Assembly (NCBI RefSeq): GCF_006345805.1
Contig: NC_043003.1
Location: forward strand, 108,190,001-108,254,000
DNA length: 64,000 bases
Source of the DNA: Octopus sinensis
Lineage: Eukaryota
Direction of reading: 5' to 3'
Position numbers and translations under genes: made by a program. Positions 13,693 through 25,832 of this stretch are shown piece by piece. Numbering within the stretch: the stretch's first letter is position 1; every line of letters begins with the position of its first letter. The notes below the pieces were generated by a model, which was given only the letters and a program-made list of their open reading frames with translations, was not told where the DNA came from and made no database searches.

Positions 13693-14338
13693 ATATATAA
13701 GAAAATAGTAAAGTGTGAAAAAACGACAGAAGGCTTAAATGTTAAAAAATATATATATTTGTGTCAAAATGTCTGGAGAATATTGGAAAAATTTTTTCCT
13801 TTCCTTAAAATGACATAATTTTAAAATTTTTAAAGAAATTACCGTTTCGCGTGTAGCTTTTCAAATTTCTTGTGACGTTATGTTTATATTGTATGGAATT
13901 ATCGTTGTTTTTATTTCCAGGAGATTTCTAAATAAGGGGAGGTAGTGAGTGATTTTTTCCGGTGTAGGGGAGATAATCGCTTAAAAAATTTTTTTTCCCA
14001 TTTCCTTGTTAGAGAAATTAACAAGGAAATGGGAAAAAAAAAATTTTTTTAAGCGATTATCTCCCCTACACCGGAAAAATCACTCACTACCTCCCCTTAT
14101 TAGAAATCTCTGGAAATAAAAACAACGATAATTCCATACAATATAAACATAACGTCACAAGAAATTTGAAAAGCTACACGCGAAACCGGTAATTTCTTTA
14201 AAATTTTAAAATTATGTCATTTTAAGGAAAGGAAAAAAATTTTTCCAATATTCTCCAGACATTTTGACACAAATATATATATTTTTTAACATTTAAGCCT
14301 TCTGTCGTTTTTTCACACTTTACTATTTTCTTATATAT
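13693..14338. repeat. ~319-bp-arm palindrome with a 7-nt loop (14012-14018)
   Basis: Left arm 13693-14011 is the reverse complement of 14019-14338; the differences I found are single-base indels. Confidence 0.92.
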
Positions 14339-15388
14339 ATATATATATATATATATCGAGCGAATGATATCTAATTTCACTTTATATAGTTATAAAGTGA
14401 AATTATTTGTTTTAGTTATTTTATTTTGAAACTATTTTGGTGGGAAGTGTTATGGATATTGTTGAAAACATCATTAAACTTAAGCTCACTCGTAATAAAA
14501 TGGAACTTTATTACACTAGACATTGCTATATTAAGTGTAGAACTTTGTATGATAACATAGCCGGAATGCTTAGAATTAATAATGGTGTTCGTACTAATAA
14601 CTCTGTAGAAACATGACATGGAAGATTTGAAGATACCCTGTACTTCTTAGAACAAATTCTAATTTATTATGCCTTAGATGCTTTCAAAACGCGGAGCAGG
14701 TGTCAAATGCCTGAATTACTCAGCTATTTCGTTTAAGATATTGCAGAAGTGTCAAGTCTATAGTCATTTCTTCCTTTATTATGAGAGTCGCTACTGAAGT
14801 TGGAAGAAGGGAACCTAAAGACATATATGTAGAATTACCATTAATCTTGGCTATTAAACACTTATTAGAGACTAGTTTGATATAAGCATTTTGTAACATG
14901 TCTTGCTTTTTACACCGTTAATCCAAAGATTTTTTAGTCCAAAGTCACTTTGACTAAAATGTTTTTAGACGTAAGTCTTTCAGATCAAATTTTTTAAACC
15001 AAAATGTTATGAGATAACAGCCTTTAGATTAAAGTGTTTTAGAACCAAAAAAATGGACAAAACTGTTTTAGACTAACGGTTTAGTAGATGAATCTTTTAA
15101 ATCAAAGAATTTTTAGCCATCGTGTTTCGAAACAATATTTCAGACCAAAGTGTTTCAGAAAGTTTTATACACCAAGCTGTTTTATAAGAGTTTGCACGTG
15201 GGTGTCAGTATGCGCGTGGTCGATTTTCTGTCTTAAACGTCTTCTCGACGGTCGTTAAAAATGGCCAGCTAAAGCAGTTTCCCAAGTTATACTATCTCGT
15301 TTTATGTGTATATATAGATATATATGTGTGTGTGTGTGCGCGCGCGCGCGCACGTGTGTGAAACTATTAATATGAATATGTATATATA

Positions 15389-16330
15389 CAGGCATACATC
15401 GGCTTAAGTCGTTCTCGATTATACGTCAGTTTTCAAAAATAATACATGGAACATTAAAAATCAAGTTAAGTAATTTTACTCGACTTTACATCTGTCCGCC
15501 ACAAATATTGGAATCGTGAAATCACTAGAGAACCGTTAAAAGCACATAAAATCATGTTACTGAACAGTAAATAAGAATAAAAGCATATAAAATTATATTA
15601 AAATACGTACAGTAAATGTTAAGGTACACACCATAAAGTAGTGTAGCTTAGTGAACGAAATCATGAAATCACCTGTGTTGTCTTATTTATCAGTCTTTCG
15701 GAGCTCATATTGCACTGTAGTTCCATTATCTACCGTTAGGCGTCGTTGTCATTCGTGATTCCCGTGATTGTTTTGAATTCAGATTTGTTTACGTCTGTTT
15801 ATCGGTTACTTTCTCATTATCATTCATTTGTGACTCTGTTTTTGCCCCCAATGCTGGAAGATAACTGGCTATGATAAAACGCCAGGAAAAAGGTGAAAAA
15901 GTGGTAGCAATTGCACGATTTTTGGGGATGATTTGGACAACTGTATCGACGATTGTACATAATAAGGACAAGAGTTTAGTACATATCAAATCTGAAGCCC
16001 CAGAGATGAAGAACACTGTCATCAATAAAAAAGAGAGGAAAAATCTTTGAAGAAATGGAGTGTTCTTTCTCTTTAGGTTTTTAGGTTGAATCCTCAGCGT
16101 CCTACTATTTGTCAGGAAATCATTCAAGTGGACCTGAAGAAAAAATATCCAGATGATAAAGATGTAGAGATAAAGGCAAGTCAAGGATGGTTCATGAGAT
16201 TTAAGGAGCGAAGAAGTTATCACTCCATTAAGAAGCAAGGTGAAAGTGCATCAGCTGACGAACAAGCAGCAGCGGAATTTCTAGTGCATTTAAGAAAATC
16301 ATCGAAGAAAAGGATGAAAAACCAAAAGAG
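15389..16330 (+). mobile_element. 5' half of a Tigger/pogo-family DNA transposon (CENP-B-type HTH region)
   Basis: TA + caggcatac terminus. MIKRQEKGEKVVAIARFLGM..TTVSTI (from 15871) and ASQGWFMRFKERRSYHSIKKQGESASADEQAA. Truncated before the DDD domain. Confidence 0.85.
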
Positions 16331-17293
16331 ATAAGTAATATAAGCTTTAGGGGTGGAAATTAGAATTGAATGATATGGGAGGTAGTAATTTATAACTTAG
16401 CAAATTTATAACATTAAATTAAGAAAATTTAAATCAATATATAGAATAAGGTTAGAAATTAAATTTAAAACCTAATAATGGGATACTTTAGTATATATGA
16501 AAAACTATTAAGACTTTTCATAAGCATAGTGTTTAAAAGATCATGATAAAAACTTAACTAGTTTGGGCATATCAACACTTAATGAACATAGTGCATGATT
16601 AAAAAATATACTAAAATGAGTTTTCCGTATCCAGTAAATTATATAAAAAGACCTTATAAATTGTCCAAAAAAATTATTCATAAATTATAAACACTAAGAA
16701 AGTACATGAAAGTATATAGAGTGAGTTTTGTGAAAAGAAATTATAAACTGCCAAACCCTCTATATGCTATAGAAGCTACACAAATGTATAAGAGGGTATA
16801 TAAATACATAAAAAATTAATAATATAAAATAATAAAATTTTATAAAAATTTTATAAAATGTTTCTTTACAGAATGGTATAAAAAGTGTAACAGATATATA
16901 AATAAGGATAAATTAAATTAAAATAAAGTAAAATAAGGATTATTTTATAAATTATAATATAAATTATATTGGTATATCTAAAAGAATTCTTAGACATGTT
17001 ATTATTATTAATACCATATAAAATAAAATATATGTATTAAATATTAACGGAAATGAAAATAAAGATACCTTTGGAAATAGGTTTATAAAATATTTCTATA
17101 ATACATCAAAGACACTGATCTAGGTAGAATAATAACAGATCTTATTAAATATTATTAATTAAATTTTGTTTATCTCTATATTTGAATATTTCATATATCT
17201 CCATACAACATAGTTCACATCCATATGGCTGAGCTCTACAGACTATATCCCATTTTAGACTGAATTTAATATTACCATCTTTGAGTTCCCAGA

Positions 17294-17919
17294 TTGCAGA
17301 ATGTGTATGGAGAGGATTTTATGAGCCGCACACAAGTGTAAAAGTGGTTCAGACGTTTCCAAGATGGTCGAAAAATGTCGATTTAGTCGAACTTTCTGGA
17401 AGACATACAACCAGCAGAACTGAGAAAAACATCGCAGATGTGCATGCAGGTGTGAGGGGAAATCGTCGAATCCCCGTCCGTGAGTTATCAAAGGATGTGC
17501 AGATTAGCTACGGTTTAGTTCAATCCATTATCACTGAAGATTTGGGTCTGAGACGCATGTCTGCCAAGTTTGTTCCGAAGCTGCTTTCAGCTGACCAAAA
17601 AGTCACTCCGATTTCAGTTGCAGAAAATCTCCTTGATTGTGTCGAGAACGATGAAAATGTTTTGAAACTTTGCGTAGGCCTCTGAGCAGGTATAGCCTAG
17701 CTTGTGGCAAAATTTGATGTAGATTCTCAGCTCAACTTTCCCTGTCGTGGTCAATGCGACGAACACACGCTACACACCTTCCTTTCAAGCACTGTTGTAG
17801 ACAGCGGAAGTGTGGATGCACGGCAGATTTCAGGGTCAATCTGTACCGAGCAGCTTTACGCTGTGAACTTTAACTTTGTCACTATGGCCACAGTCCAGAG
17901 ACCTATTGATCAGACGACG
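17294..17919. mobile_element. Mariner (irritans-like) 5' fragment with an internally inverted segment
   Basis: Minus strand: TA+cgtcgtctgatcaatagg TIR at 17919 and N-terminus KVELRIYIKFCHKLGYTCSEAYAK ending ~17666. Plus strand 17294-17668 continues LQNVYG...SGRHTTSRT...RMSAKFVPKLL. Confidence 0.8.
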
Positions 17920-18122
17920 TACACACACACACACACATATATATATATACATACACACACACATATATAGAGTGGTTGAATTGTCTAAATCTATTAGCCC
18001 TATTTTTTATTCATCATATATGTGTGTGCGTGTGTGTGTGCGTGTGTGTGCATGCATGTGTAAGTGTGTGTGTATGTATGTATTTACGTATGTATGAATG
18101 AATGTATTTATGTATGTACATT

Positions 18123-18127
18123 CAGAC

Positions 18128-18165
<38 letters not shown>

Positions 18166-18386
18166 GTAAGTAGGTAGTTAGGTAGGTAAATAGGTAAGTA
18201 GGTAGGTAGGTGAGTAGGTGGGTGGGTGGGTAGGTAGGTAGGTGGGTAGGTAGGTAGGTAGGTGGGTAGGTAGGTAGGTAGGTAAGTAGGTAGGTAGGTG
18301 AGTAGGTGGGTGGGTGGGTAGGTAGGTAGGTGGGTAGGTAGGTAGGTAGGTAGGTAGGTAGGTAGGTAGGTAGGTAGGTAGGTAGA
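18123..18386. repeat. (GATA)n/(GGTA)n compound tetranucleotide array
   Basis: Visible. Confidence 0.95.
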
Positions 18387-18857
18387 TCATTGCATAAACA
18401 TATATACACACAAAGCACATATATGTGTGTGTGTCTTTGTACGTATATGAGTAAATAATTGTGTGTGTGTGTTTTGTTCATCTTTAATTTTTATCATGTC
18501 TATTATATTAGCAAAGCTAATAAATCTCTCCATCTTTATTGGATTATGATGTCCTGACATATGTTTGAAAAGGCTGTTGTAATGATACTTTAAACAAATT
18601 ACAATAGACAGTTATTAGTTAGGACGGGTGTATTTTCTCTTCCTCTTGGCGTAATAGCATTCCAGTCATTAATTTCCTGTGTAGAATACTTTAACTTTCC
18701 GAAAAACGCGTCGTCACCATTTATTACTGCAGTTGTTGTGGTGCCCTGAATTGGGAAATGTGCCAGACTAGATATTTTAATTTAATATTTTCCTTTTTCA
18801 GTATTACCCAGCTCAAGGCAGCGAGCTGGCAGAATCGTTAGTACACCGGATAAAATA

Positions 18858-19235
18858 TTGGGTTGTCCGGAAAGTTTGTGTCGATTTTTAAAGGAAAGAA
18901 AAAGGTCAATAAATACTTGCCATTACATTTTTAATCAACCAAATATGAACCATTTTGTTGCACAATGCGTCTCCATCTTTCCTTTAACTTGGAAATACCC
19001 TCTTCCCAGAATTGAGGTGGTTTCATGGCAAAGAATTCATCAAGGTATCTTTTTACGTCATCGAAGGAATTGAAATTTTTACCATTAAGACTATTCTGCA
19101 GAGACCTGAATAAGTAGAAATCCGAAGGAGCAATATCTGGTGAATATGGAGGGTGGGGTAACACATCCCAGCCGAGCTGCAGCAATTTTTGTCTAGTTCC
19201 CAAAGAAAGGTGCGGTCTTGCATTATCATGTTGGA
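18858..19235 (-). mobile_element. 3' half of a DD34D mariner (mellifera-like TIR) inserted in an S1 SINE
   Basis: TA+ttgggttgtccggaaagt TIR. Open frame HDNARPH...HPPYSPDIAPSDFYLF...NGSYLVD* with 34 residues between the Ds. SINE head on the left (18815-18855), SINE-like B-box on the right. Confidence 0.9.
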
Positions 19236-19286
19236 TTCTGAGTTCGATTCCAGACAGTGACCTGAATAATAATGATGATGATGATG

Positions 19287-19323
<37 letters not shown>

Positions 19324-19334
19324 TGATGACGATG

Positions 19335-19374
<40 letters not shown>

Positions 19375-19385
19375 TGATGACGATG

Positions 19386-19500
<115 letters not shown>

Positions 19501-20210
19501 GCCGGCATGATAGAGCCGCACAATATATTCACTGGGTAATTTGCAAAAACCTGGATTGGCCCCATGAAAAAAAACTGGTGGGAACACAATCCACCTCCAG
19601 TGCTTGAAAATGACCACATCTCACTCCTCTGGAACTTCACCATTCAAACTGACAGGAAGATAGCTGCAAATAGGCCAGACATCATATTGAAAGACTTCAG
19701 ACAAAGAACATGCCTCCTCATTGATATGACTGTCCCAATCGATATAAACGTATCTGTCAGGACCTACCAAAAACTGAGCAAATATAAAGATCTTGAAATA
19801 GAAATCAGCAAAATGTGGAAGCTGAAGACTAAAACAATACCTGTTGTCATAGGGGCCCTGGGAATGATAGCGAAAGGGACTAATTGCTACCTAACTCAGA
19901 TACCAGGAAACCCCAAAATGGCAGAAATTCAAAAGATAGTGCTCATGGGAACTGCTCATATCCTACGCAAAATACTCTCTATGTAATCCGAAGGTTTAAA
20001 ACAAACTTTTTTTATTTATTTATTTATTTTATTTTATTTTATTTTATTTTTTAATTTCATTTTTATGTATTAGACATTCACTAGTACAACACCCCCCCCC
20101 CAAAAAAAAAACCAAATATATGGCACAGAACTTCCAACCTGTTGTCTCTTGAGGTCTCTGGGTGAGACTTGGAGCCAACTTGTACAGACATAAAGCAAAA
20201 GTCAAACATA
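19501..20210 (+). mobile_element. 5'-truncated family A R4/Dong LINE (REL domain + 3' UTR)
   Basis: HDRAAQYIHW...RPDIILKD...KYKDLEIEISKMWKLKT...GALG. 3' UTR matches 11287-11477. (AAT)n on both sides. Confidence 0.92.
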
Positions 20211-20472
20211 GAATAATAATAATAAAAATAATGATAATAATAATAAGAGTAACACCGAGGGACGTTTAAGATGTAAGAACGATAAAACAGAGCTCCGAAA
20301 TCTATCCACAAACATCGAAAACAAGGACATCGTATGGAGCCAAAGATTTACTAACAAAGGATTAGACTGTATCCGAGTAAGTAATACTCATTCAAATTTA
20401 TTACTATTTTCGAAACGAAATTATGTATTTTGACTCGATACCATCTCCACCTCTAACACAACACATATAAAC

Positions 20473-21903
20473 ATGCGTGGAACATTACGATCCATCAACA
20501 CCAGATCATCCCCGACCTCAAACATCATGTACAAAGGAACTACAAAGAAATTAAATACCACCGATATTATTCAACCCAAGAATAACAATGGGGAAGTACG
20601 TACTTTAAACTTACAACACAAAATGTACGAAAAACTACACGTACAAAACAATGTGACAACAGAAATGAACGGACCGGTACCCTACGAAAATGACGACCGT
20701 CAAAATAATGGGCCGGACGTTGTTCCTCATGTCCCGCAAATAAAACCCAAAAGACATAAATGGACACGTGAGGAATACATTTCTATCCTACACGCATACT
20801 TCACAGCAGTGCTCTACCCAAAAAATGAAAACACAACAGCACATACATATAAAATATGGAAGGAAAATAACATAAATATAGACTTGGATACAGCAATGAA
20901 CTCTAATAAACTAGCTAACGTACGAAGATACATTCTCAACGCAAAAAAAATATCAGAAATAGAAATAGAACATCTAAAAGAAAAAATATACCAGGAAAAT
21001 GTAGATAGAAGCCACACAACAATGCCCAATAATATAAACACTGAAACAGTAAAACACGAAGACAAACGTAACATTCCCAACAAACACGATGTAAACAAAA
21101 AACAACAAACCCAGACCGTAAGGATGCATAATAATACACGACAAACAGCAAGCCAAAACACGGCAAACAAACATATAAATAAGAAAGAAAGCGACACAAA
21201 TCTAAAACCTGGAAACAACGAAGGGGAACCTAATGATTATGATAATATAAAAAGTAAAATAATCAAAGAACTGAAAACTACAGAGCTCAAAATGGACCAC
21301 CGACCATACCTGCCAAAAATCAAAATAGACGAAACAACAACACCAATTATAAACAGCATAAACCTAGCCGTTACGGAACTAATAGCCACTGAAACAAAAA
21401 GCGATATCACTGAACTAAATGACTTAGTATACGCAGCGGCCACTGCAGCCACAAAAGAAGCTGGATACTCACTCAAACCCATCCAAACAGGAGTACCACC
21501 ACCCAAACAAACCCTGTGGATAAACAACATCCAAAACAAAATACAAAAAATGAGAAAAGATCTGTCGATTCTTAATGAAATCAGTAGACAATCAACGCTA
21601 CTGAGCAACAAAAAGAAAACAAAAATACTCCGCAAATATAACATCACAGAAAAAGATTTACCTGAGATAAAAGAAAAGCTGAAGCAAGATATCCTTGCCA
21701 AAGCACAAAGGATCCGCCGGTACGAGAAACGCCAGCGCTTCTTTGAACAAAACAAAAAGTTCAACTCCAACCCCAAAAAGTTCTACCAAGAACTTGGCAA
21801 AAATAAAATAGAAATCACTGCAGCACCAACGGCAGAAGAAGTGGAAGAATTCTGGAGAGAAATATGGTCGGCGAACGAACAACCAAAAAAAAAGGAGTAT
21901 TAA
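20473..21903 (+). CDS. 476-aa N-terminal ORF of an R4/Dong-type LINE (pre-RT region), truncated; 5' UTR from ~20247
   Basis: RHKWTREEYISILHAY, NKLANVRRYIL, PPPKQTLWINNIQNKIQKMRKDLS, AKAQRIRRYEKRQRFFEQNKKF, EEVEEFWREIWS parallel the pre-RT motifs of the other copies. Starts right after (AAT)n. Confidence 0.85.
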   Translation: MRGTLRSINTRSSPTSNIMYKGTTKKLNTTDIIQPKNNNGEVRTLNLQHKMYEKLHVQNNVTTEMNGPVPYENDDRQNNGPDVVPHVPQIKPKRHKWTREEYISILHAYFTAVLYPKNENTTAHTYKIWKENNINIDLDTAMNSNKLANVRRYILNAKKISEIEIEHLKEKIYQENVDRSHTTMPNNINTETVKHEDKRNIPNKHDVNKKQQTQTVRMHNNTRQTASQNTANKHINKKESDTNLKPGNNEGEPNDYDNIKSKIIKELKTTELKMDHRPYLPKIKIDETTTPIINSINLAVTELIATETKSDITELNDLVYAAATAATKEAGYSLKPIQTGVPPPKQTLWINNIQNKIQKMRKDLSILNEISRQSTLLSNKKKTKILRKYNITEKDLPEIKEKLKQDILAKAQRIRRYEKRQRFFEQNKKFNSNPKKFYQELGKNKIEITAAPTAEEVEEFWREIWSANEQPKKKEY

Positions 21904-21929
21904 AACAACAAACTCAGCATCTGAGCAAC

Positions 21930-22523
21930 TTGGCTTTTCTTGCCATCGTTTTATCATGGTTCGTTGCTGTTCTATTTTTAGTTTGGATTTCATTTGTTTT
22001 ATAGCTTTTGTTGTTTCTTCATCTTCTTCTTCTTCTTCATATTTATTAGGTGGTATGATTTCTTGTTTGTATTTGTCAGCTTCCTTAAATACTGAGAACA
22101 GTTTTTTGTTTTGCTCGTGTTTTGCCGCTATTTGTATCAGTTATCCTTCCTTCTGAAGTAGATATTTTTGCAGTCCTATGGTGGTTATTTTATAGTAGTT
22201 TTCCAGCTGTATAAGGCCTCTACCACCTTCTATACGCTGTATATATAGTCTTTCTATGTCAGATTTTGGGTGATGCATCCTAGATCCTGTCATTATTTTT
22301 CTTGTTTTCCTATCTATTTTGGTCAGTTCATTTAGTATCCAGTTAAGGATATTGTAGCTGTAACTTATAACTGGGGCAGCTAAAGTGTTAATACCTATTA
22401 TCTTGTTTTTAGCATTGAGCTCTGTTTTTAGTATTGATCTAACTCGTCTATAATATTCTTTTTTTATTTTCTCTTTCATTTGTGTGTGCTGTGTCTTATC
22501 TAGTTCATGGATTCCTAAGTAGG
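21930..22523 (-). mobile_element. Inverted post-RT (thumb/linker) segment of an R4/Dong LINE
   Basis: Minus strand: YLGIHE...KEYYRRVRSILKTELNAKNKIIGINTLA...RMHHPKSDIERLY...GGRGL...KRWQEKP. Confidence 0.88.
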
Positions 22524-22562
22524 AATAATAATAATAATAATATAATAATAATAATAATAATA

Positions 22563-22617
<55 letters not shown>

Positions 22618-22689
22618 TAATAATAATAATAATATTGTAATACCTTTCTATATTTGATAGATGAGGAATTATGTACATTATTTACATTT

Positions 22690-23625
22690 GACAGATATTT
22701 GTCCTCATCTTTAAGATCAACATCATGGCTGCGATATGCTGATGACACCTTTATTCTCTGGCCCCACCAGGACGATGTGCAAGTGCTCTTAGGTCGTGTG
22801 AACTCAATAAAGCCATCCATGCAGTTCACAATGGAAAAGGAAAAAGACAATCAGCTGGCATTCCTGGACGCATCAAGTATGGATTCAGGATATCCGTATA
22901 CCGCAAGCCGACCTTCACTGGACGATACCTCAACTTCAATTCCTATCACCCATACGGTGTAAAGAGAGGAATTGCTCAGTGCCTAAAACATCGTGCAAAG
23001 AATATAAGTAGCGATCGTGATACCCACAACGAAGAAATGATCAAGCTCTGTAACAATCTATTAAGCAACAACTACCCCAAAAACATACTCTCCACTCTAA
23101 TTAGGAAGAAAAGAGAGGATGAAACTGATAAACTGTCCACAGTCTTTCTATCCTATGTGAAAGGCCTCTTCGAAAAGATACAAAAGATATGCGGCTCATA
23201 TCACATCAGAACAGTATTCAAGAGTAATACAACACTTCGCAAATATTTCCTTCGAGTAAAACCACCAATAGAAGAGAATATGCGTGTACTTCATCTCATG
23301 CAGCTGTGTGGTAGGTCATACAAAGGCGAAATATGCCGCTCCCTCAAAATAAGGGTAGAGGAACATCGTAAAGTTGTGACACGAGGAGATATTGATAAGT
23401 CGTGTATAGCTGATCATGTATGGAAAAATGGAGACCACCTCCCCCTGTGGGATGAAGTTAAAATAAAAGACAGAGAACACCACTGGAGAATACGAAAACT
23501 AAAAGAAGCAGCACAAATGCTAGGACACAACAACCTCCTAAGGAGACCGAGTGCAGATATGAGCAGCATAAGGGAACCGGTATCAAGGAAGGATAGGAAA
23601 AGATTAGATTTATAAGCCCTAAAAT
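22690..23625 (+). mobile_element. Penelope-like element remnant (RT C-terminal half + GIY-YIG endonuclease)
   Basis: WLRYADDTF, SMQFTMEKEKDNQLAFLD, YRKPT.TGRYLNFNSYHP, CGRSYKGEICRSLKIRVEEH, KSCIADH, RKLKEA. 5'-truncated and frameshifted. Confidence 0.88.
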
Positions 23626-23689
23626 TCACTCCGTAATTGCCCACGGGCATATGGCGTAGTGGTTAAAAGGACGATTATATCTACGCCAG

Positions 23690-23832
23690 TATTTGACTGG
23701 TACTTAATTTATCGACCCCGAACAGATGAAAGGCAAAGTCGATCTCGGCGGAATTTGAACTCATAACGTAGCCACGGGCGAAATACCGCTAAGCATTTCG
23801 TCCAGCGTGCTAACGATTCTGCCAGCTCGCCA
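23690..23832 (-). mobile_element. S1 SINE
   Basis: Reverse complement of head (ctaacgattctgccagctcgcc), B-box and core. Confidence 0.88.
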
Positions 23833-23855
23833 TCTTCTGATAAATAAAATAATAA

Positions 23856-23960
<105 letters not shown>

Positions 23961-23975
23961 GCAATAATAATGATA

Positions 23976-24446
23976 AACAAAAATCATGCCTCCTCATTGA
24001 TATGACTGTCCCAATCGATATAAATGTATCTCAAGACCTACCAAAAATTGAGCAAGTATAAAGATCTTGAAATAGAAATTGGCAAAATGTGGAACTCAAG
24101 ACTAAAGCAATACCTGTTGTCATAGGTGCCCTGGGAATAATAGCAAAAGGGGCTGATTCCTACCTAGCTCAGATACCAGGAAACCCCAAAATGGGAGAAA
24201 TTCAAAAGATAGTGCTCTTGGGAACAGCCCATATCCTACGTAAAATACTATCTATGTAATCCCAAATTTTAAAACAAACACGTAATTTTCTTATGGTTTC
24301 TTAAGCATTCACTAGTACAACACTAAGTACAAAACCAAATATATGACACCCTAGGCATAACATCAACATGAACTTCCAACTTGTCTCTTGAGGTCTCTGG
24401 GTGAGACTTGGAGCCAACTTGGACAAATACAAAGCAAAAGTCAAAC

Positions 24447-24448
<2 letters not shown>
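23976..24448 (+). mobile_element. Short 5'-truncated family A R4/Dong LINE
   Basis: KSCLLIDMTVPID...KYKDLEIEIGKMW...GALG plus family A 3' UTR, between (AAT)n tracts. Confidence 0.9.
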
Positions 24449-24517
<69 letters not shown>

Positions 24518-24521
<4 letters not shown>

Positions 24522-24994
24522 GATGGGCTACAGCAAATATTCTGCTCAATACCACAGATTTGCTTGTCAGTTGTTTGACCTTAACCAGTTGAGCATGTCC
24601 CTTAGTGGCTGACGATATGTGCATCTCTGATCACGAGCAGAAGTAGTGGGGGAGCATCATAGCCATGTGTTGAGAGGGATTCTTTGGGGTTTGAATAGTT
24701 CACCTCTGGAAACATGGGTGGTTCTTTCAACATCCTTAAACAACCCTTATTCGGGGACCGTTTGAGCGGGATGGGCTACTCAACCTGAAGAAAATTCAAA
24801 CTGGGCCCCACCTGCAAGGTCATGTGCTGTTTATCTTGATATGAGATCACCATGTCGCGCACATATGGTTGTGATGCATGTGCCTGGTGTACCTTTATCA
24901 GACGGGTAGTCATGATGGGTATATTGGGCTTCGTATATTTGTACCCCAGTGTCACTTTGATGGCATGCACTGCTCTCTCACTCATAATATAATA

Positions 24995-25032
<38 letters not shown>

Positions 25033-25492
25033 GATGGGCTACAGCAAATATTCTGCTCAATACCACAGATTTGCTTGTCAGTTGTTTGACCTTAACCAGT
25101 TGAGCATGTCCCTTAGTGGCTGACGATATGTGCATCTCTGATCACGAGCAGAAGTAGTGGGGGAGCATCATAGCCATGTGTTGAGAGGGATTCTTTGGGG
25201 TTTGAATAGTTCACCTCTGGAACATGGGTGGTTCTTTCAACATCCTTAAACACCCTTATTCGGGGACCGTTTGAGCGGGATGGGCTACTCAACCTGAAGA
25301 AAATTCAAACTGGGCCCCACCTGCAAGGTCATGTGCTGTTTATCTTGATATGAGATCACCATGTCGCGCACATATGGTTGTGATGCATGTGCCTGGTGTA
25401 CCTTTATCAGACGGGTAGTCATGATGGGTATATTGGGCTTCGTATATTTGTACCCCAGTGTCACTTTGATGGCATGCACTGCTCTCTCACTC
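24518..25492 (+). repeat. Two tandem copies of family D (period ~511 bp) separated by (AAT)n
   Basis: 24518-24983 and 25029-25492 share the same 5' truncation point (aaagatgggctac); I found two 1-bp indels and no substitutions. Confidence 0.92.
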
Positions 25493-25520
25493 AATAATAA
25501 TAATAATAACAACAATAATA

Positions 25521-25553
<33 letters not shown>

Positions 25554-25600
25554 GCGGTGGTGGTGGTGGTGGTGGTGGTGGTAGTAGTAGTAGTAGTACT

Positions 25601-25658
<58 letters not shown>

Positions 25659-25696
25659 ACAGCAGCAGCAGTAGTAGTAGTAGTAGTAGTAGTAGT

Positions 25697-25795
<99 letters not shown>

Positions 25796-25799
25796 CGTG

Positions 25800-25832
<33 letters not shown>

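Noticed and set aside
16335-17250. Mitochondrial insertion (NUMT)
   Set aside because: No recognisable nad/cox/rRNA motif on either strand; the A-rich, G over C skew does not fit my expectation for either strand of cephalopod mtDNA.
20473-21903. 476-aa ORF as a host gene
   Set aside because: Motifs match the pre-RT region of the neighbouring R4/Dong copies and it starts right after an (AAT)n tract.
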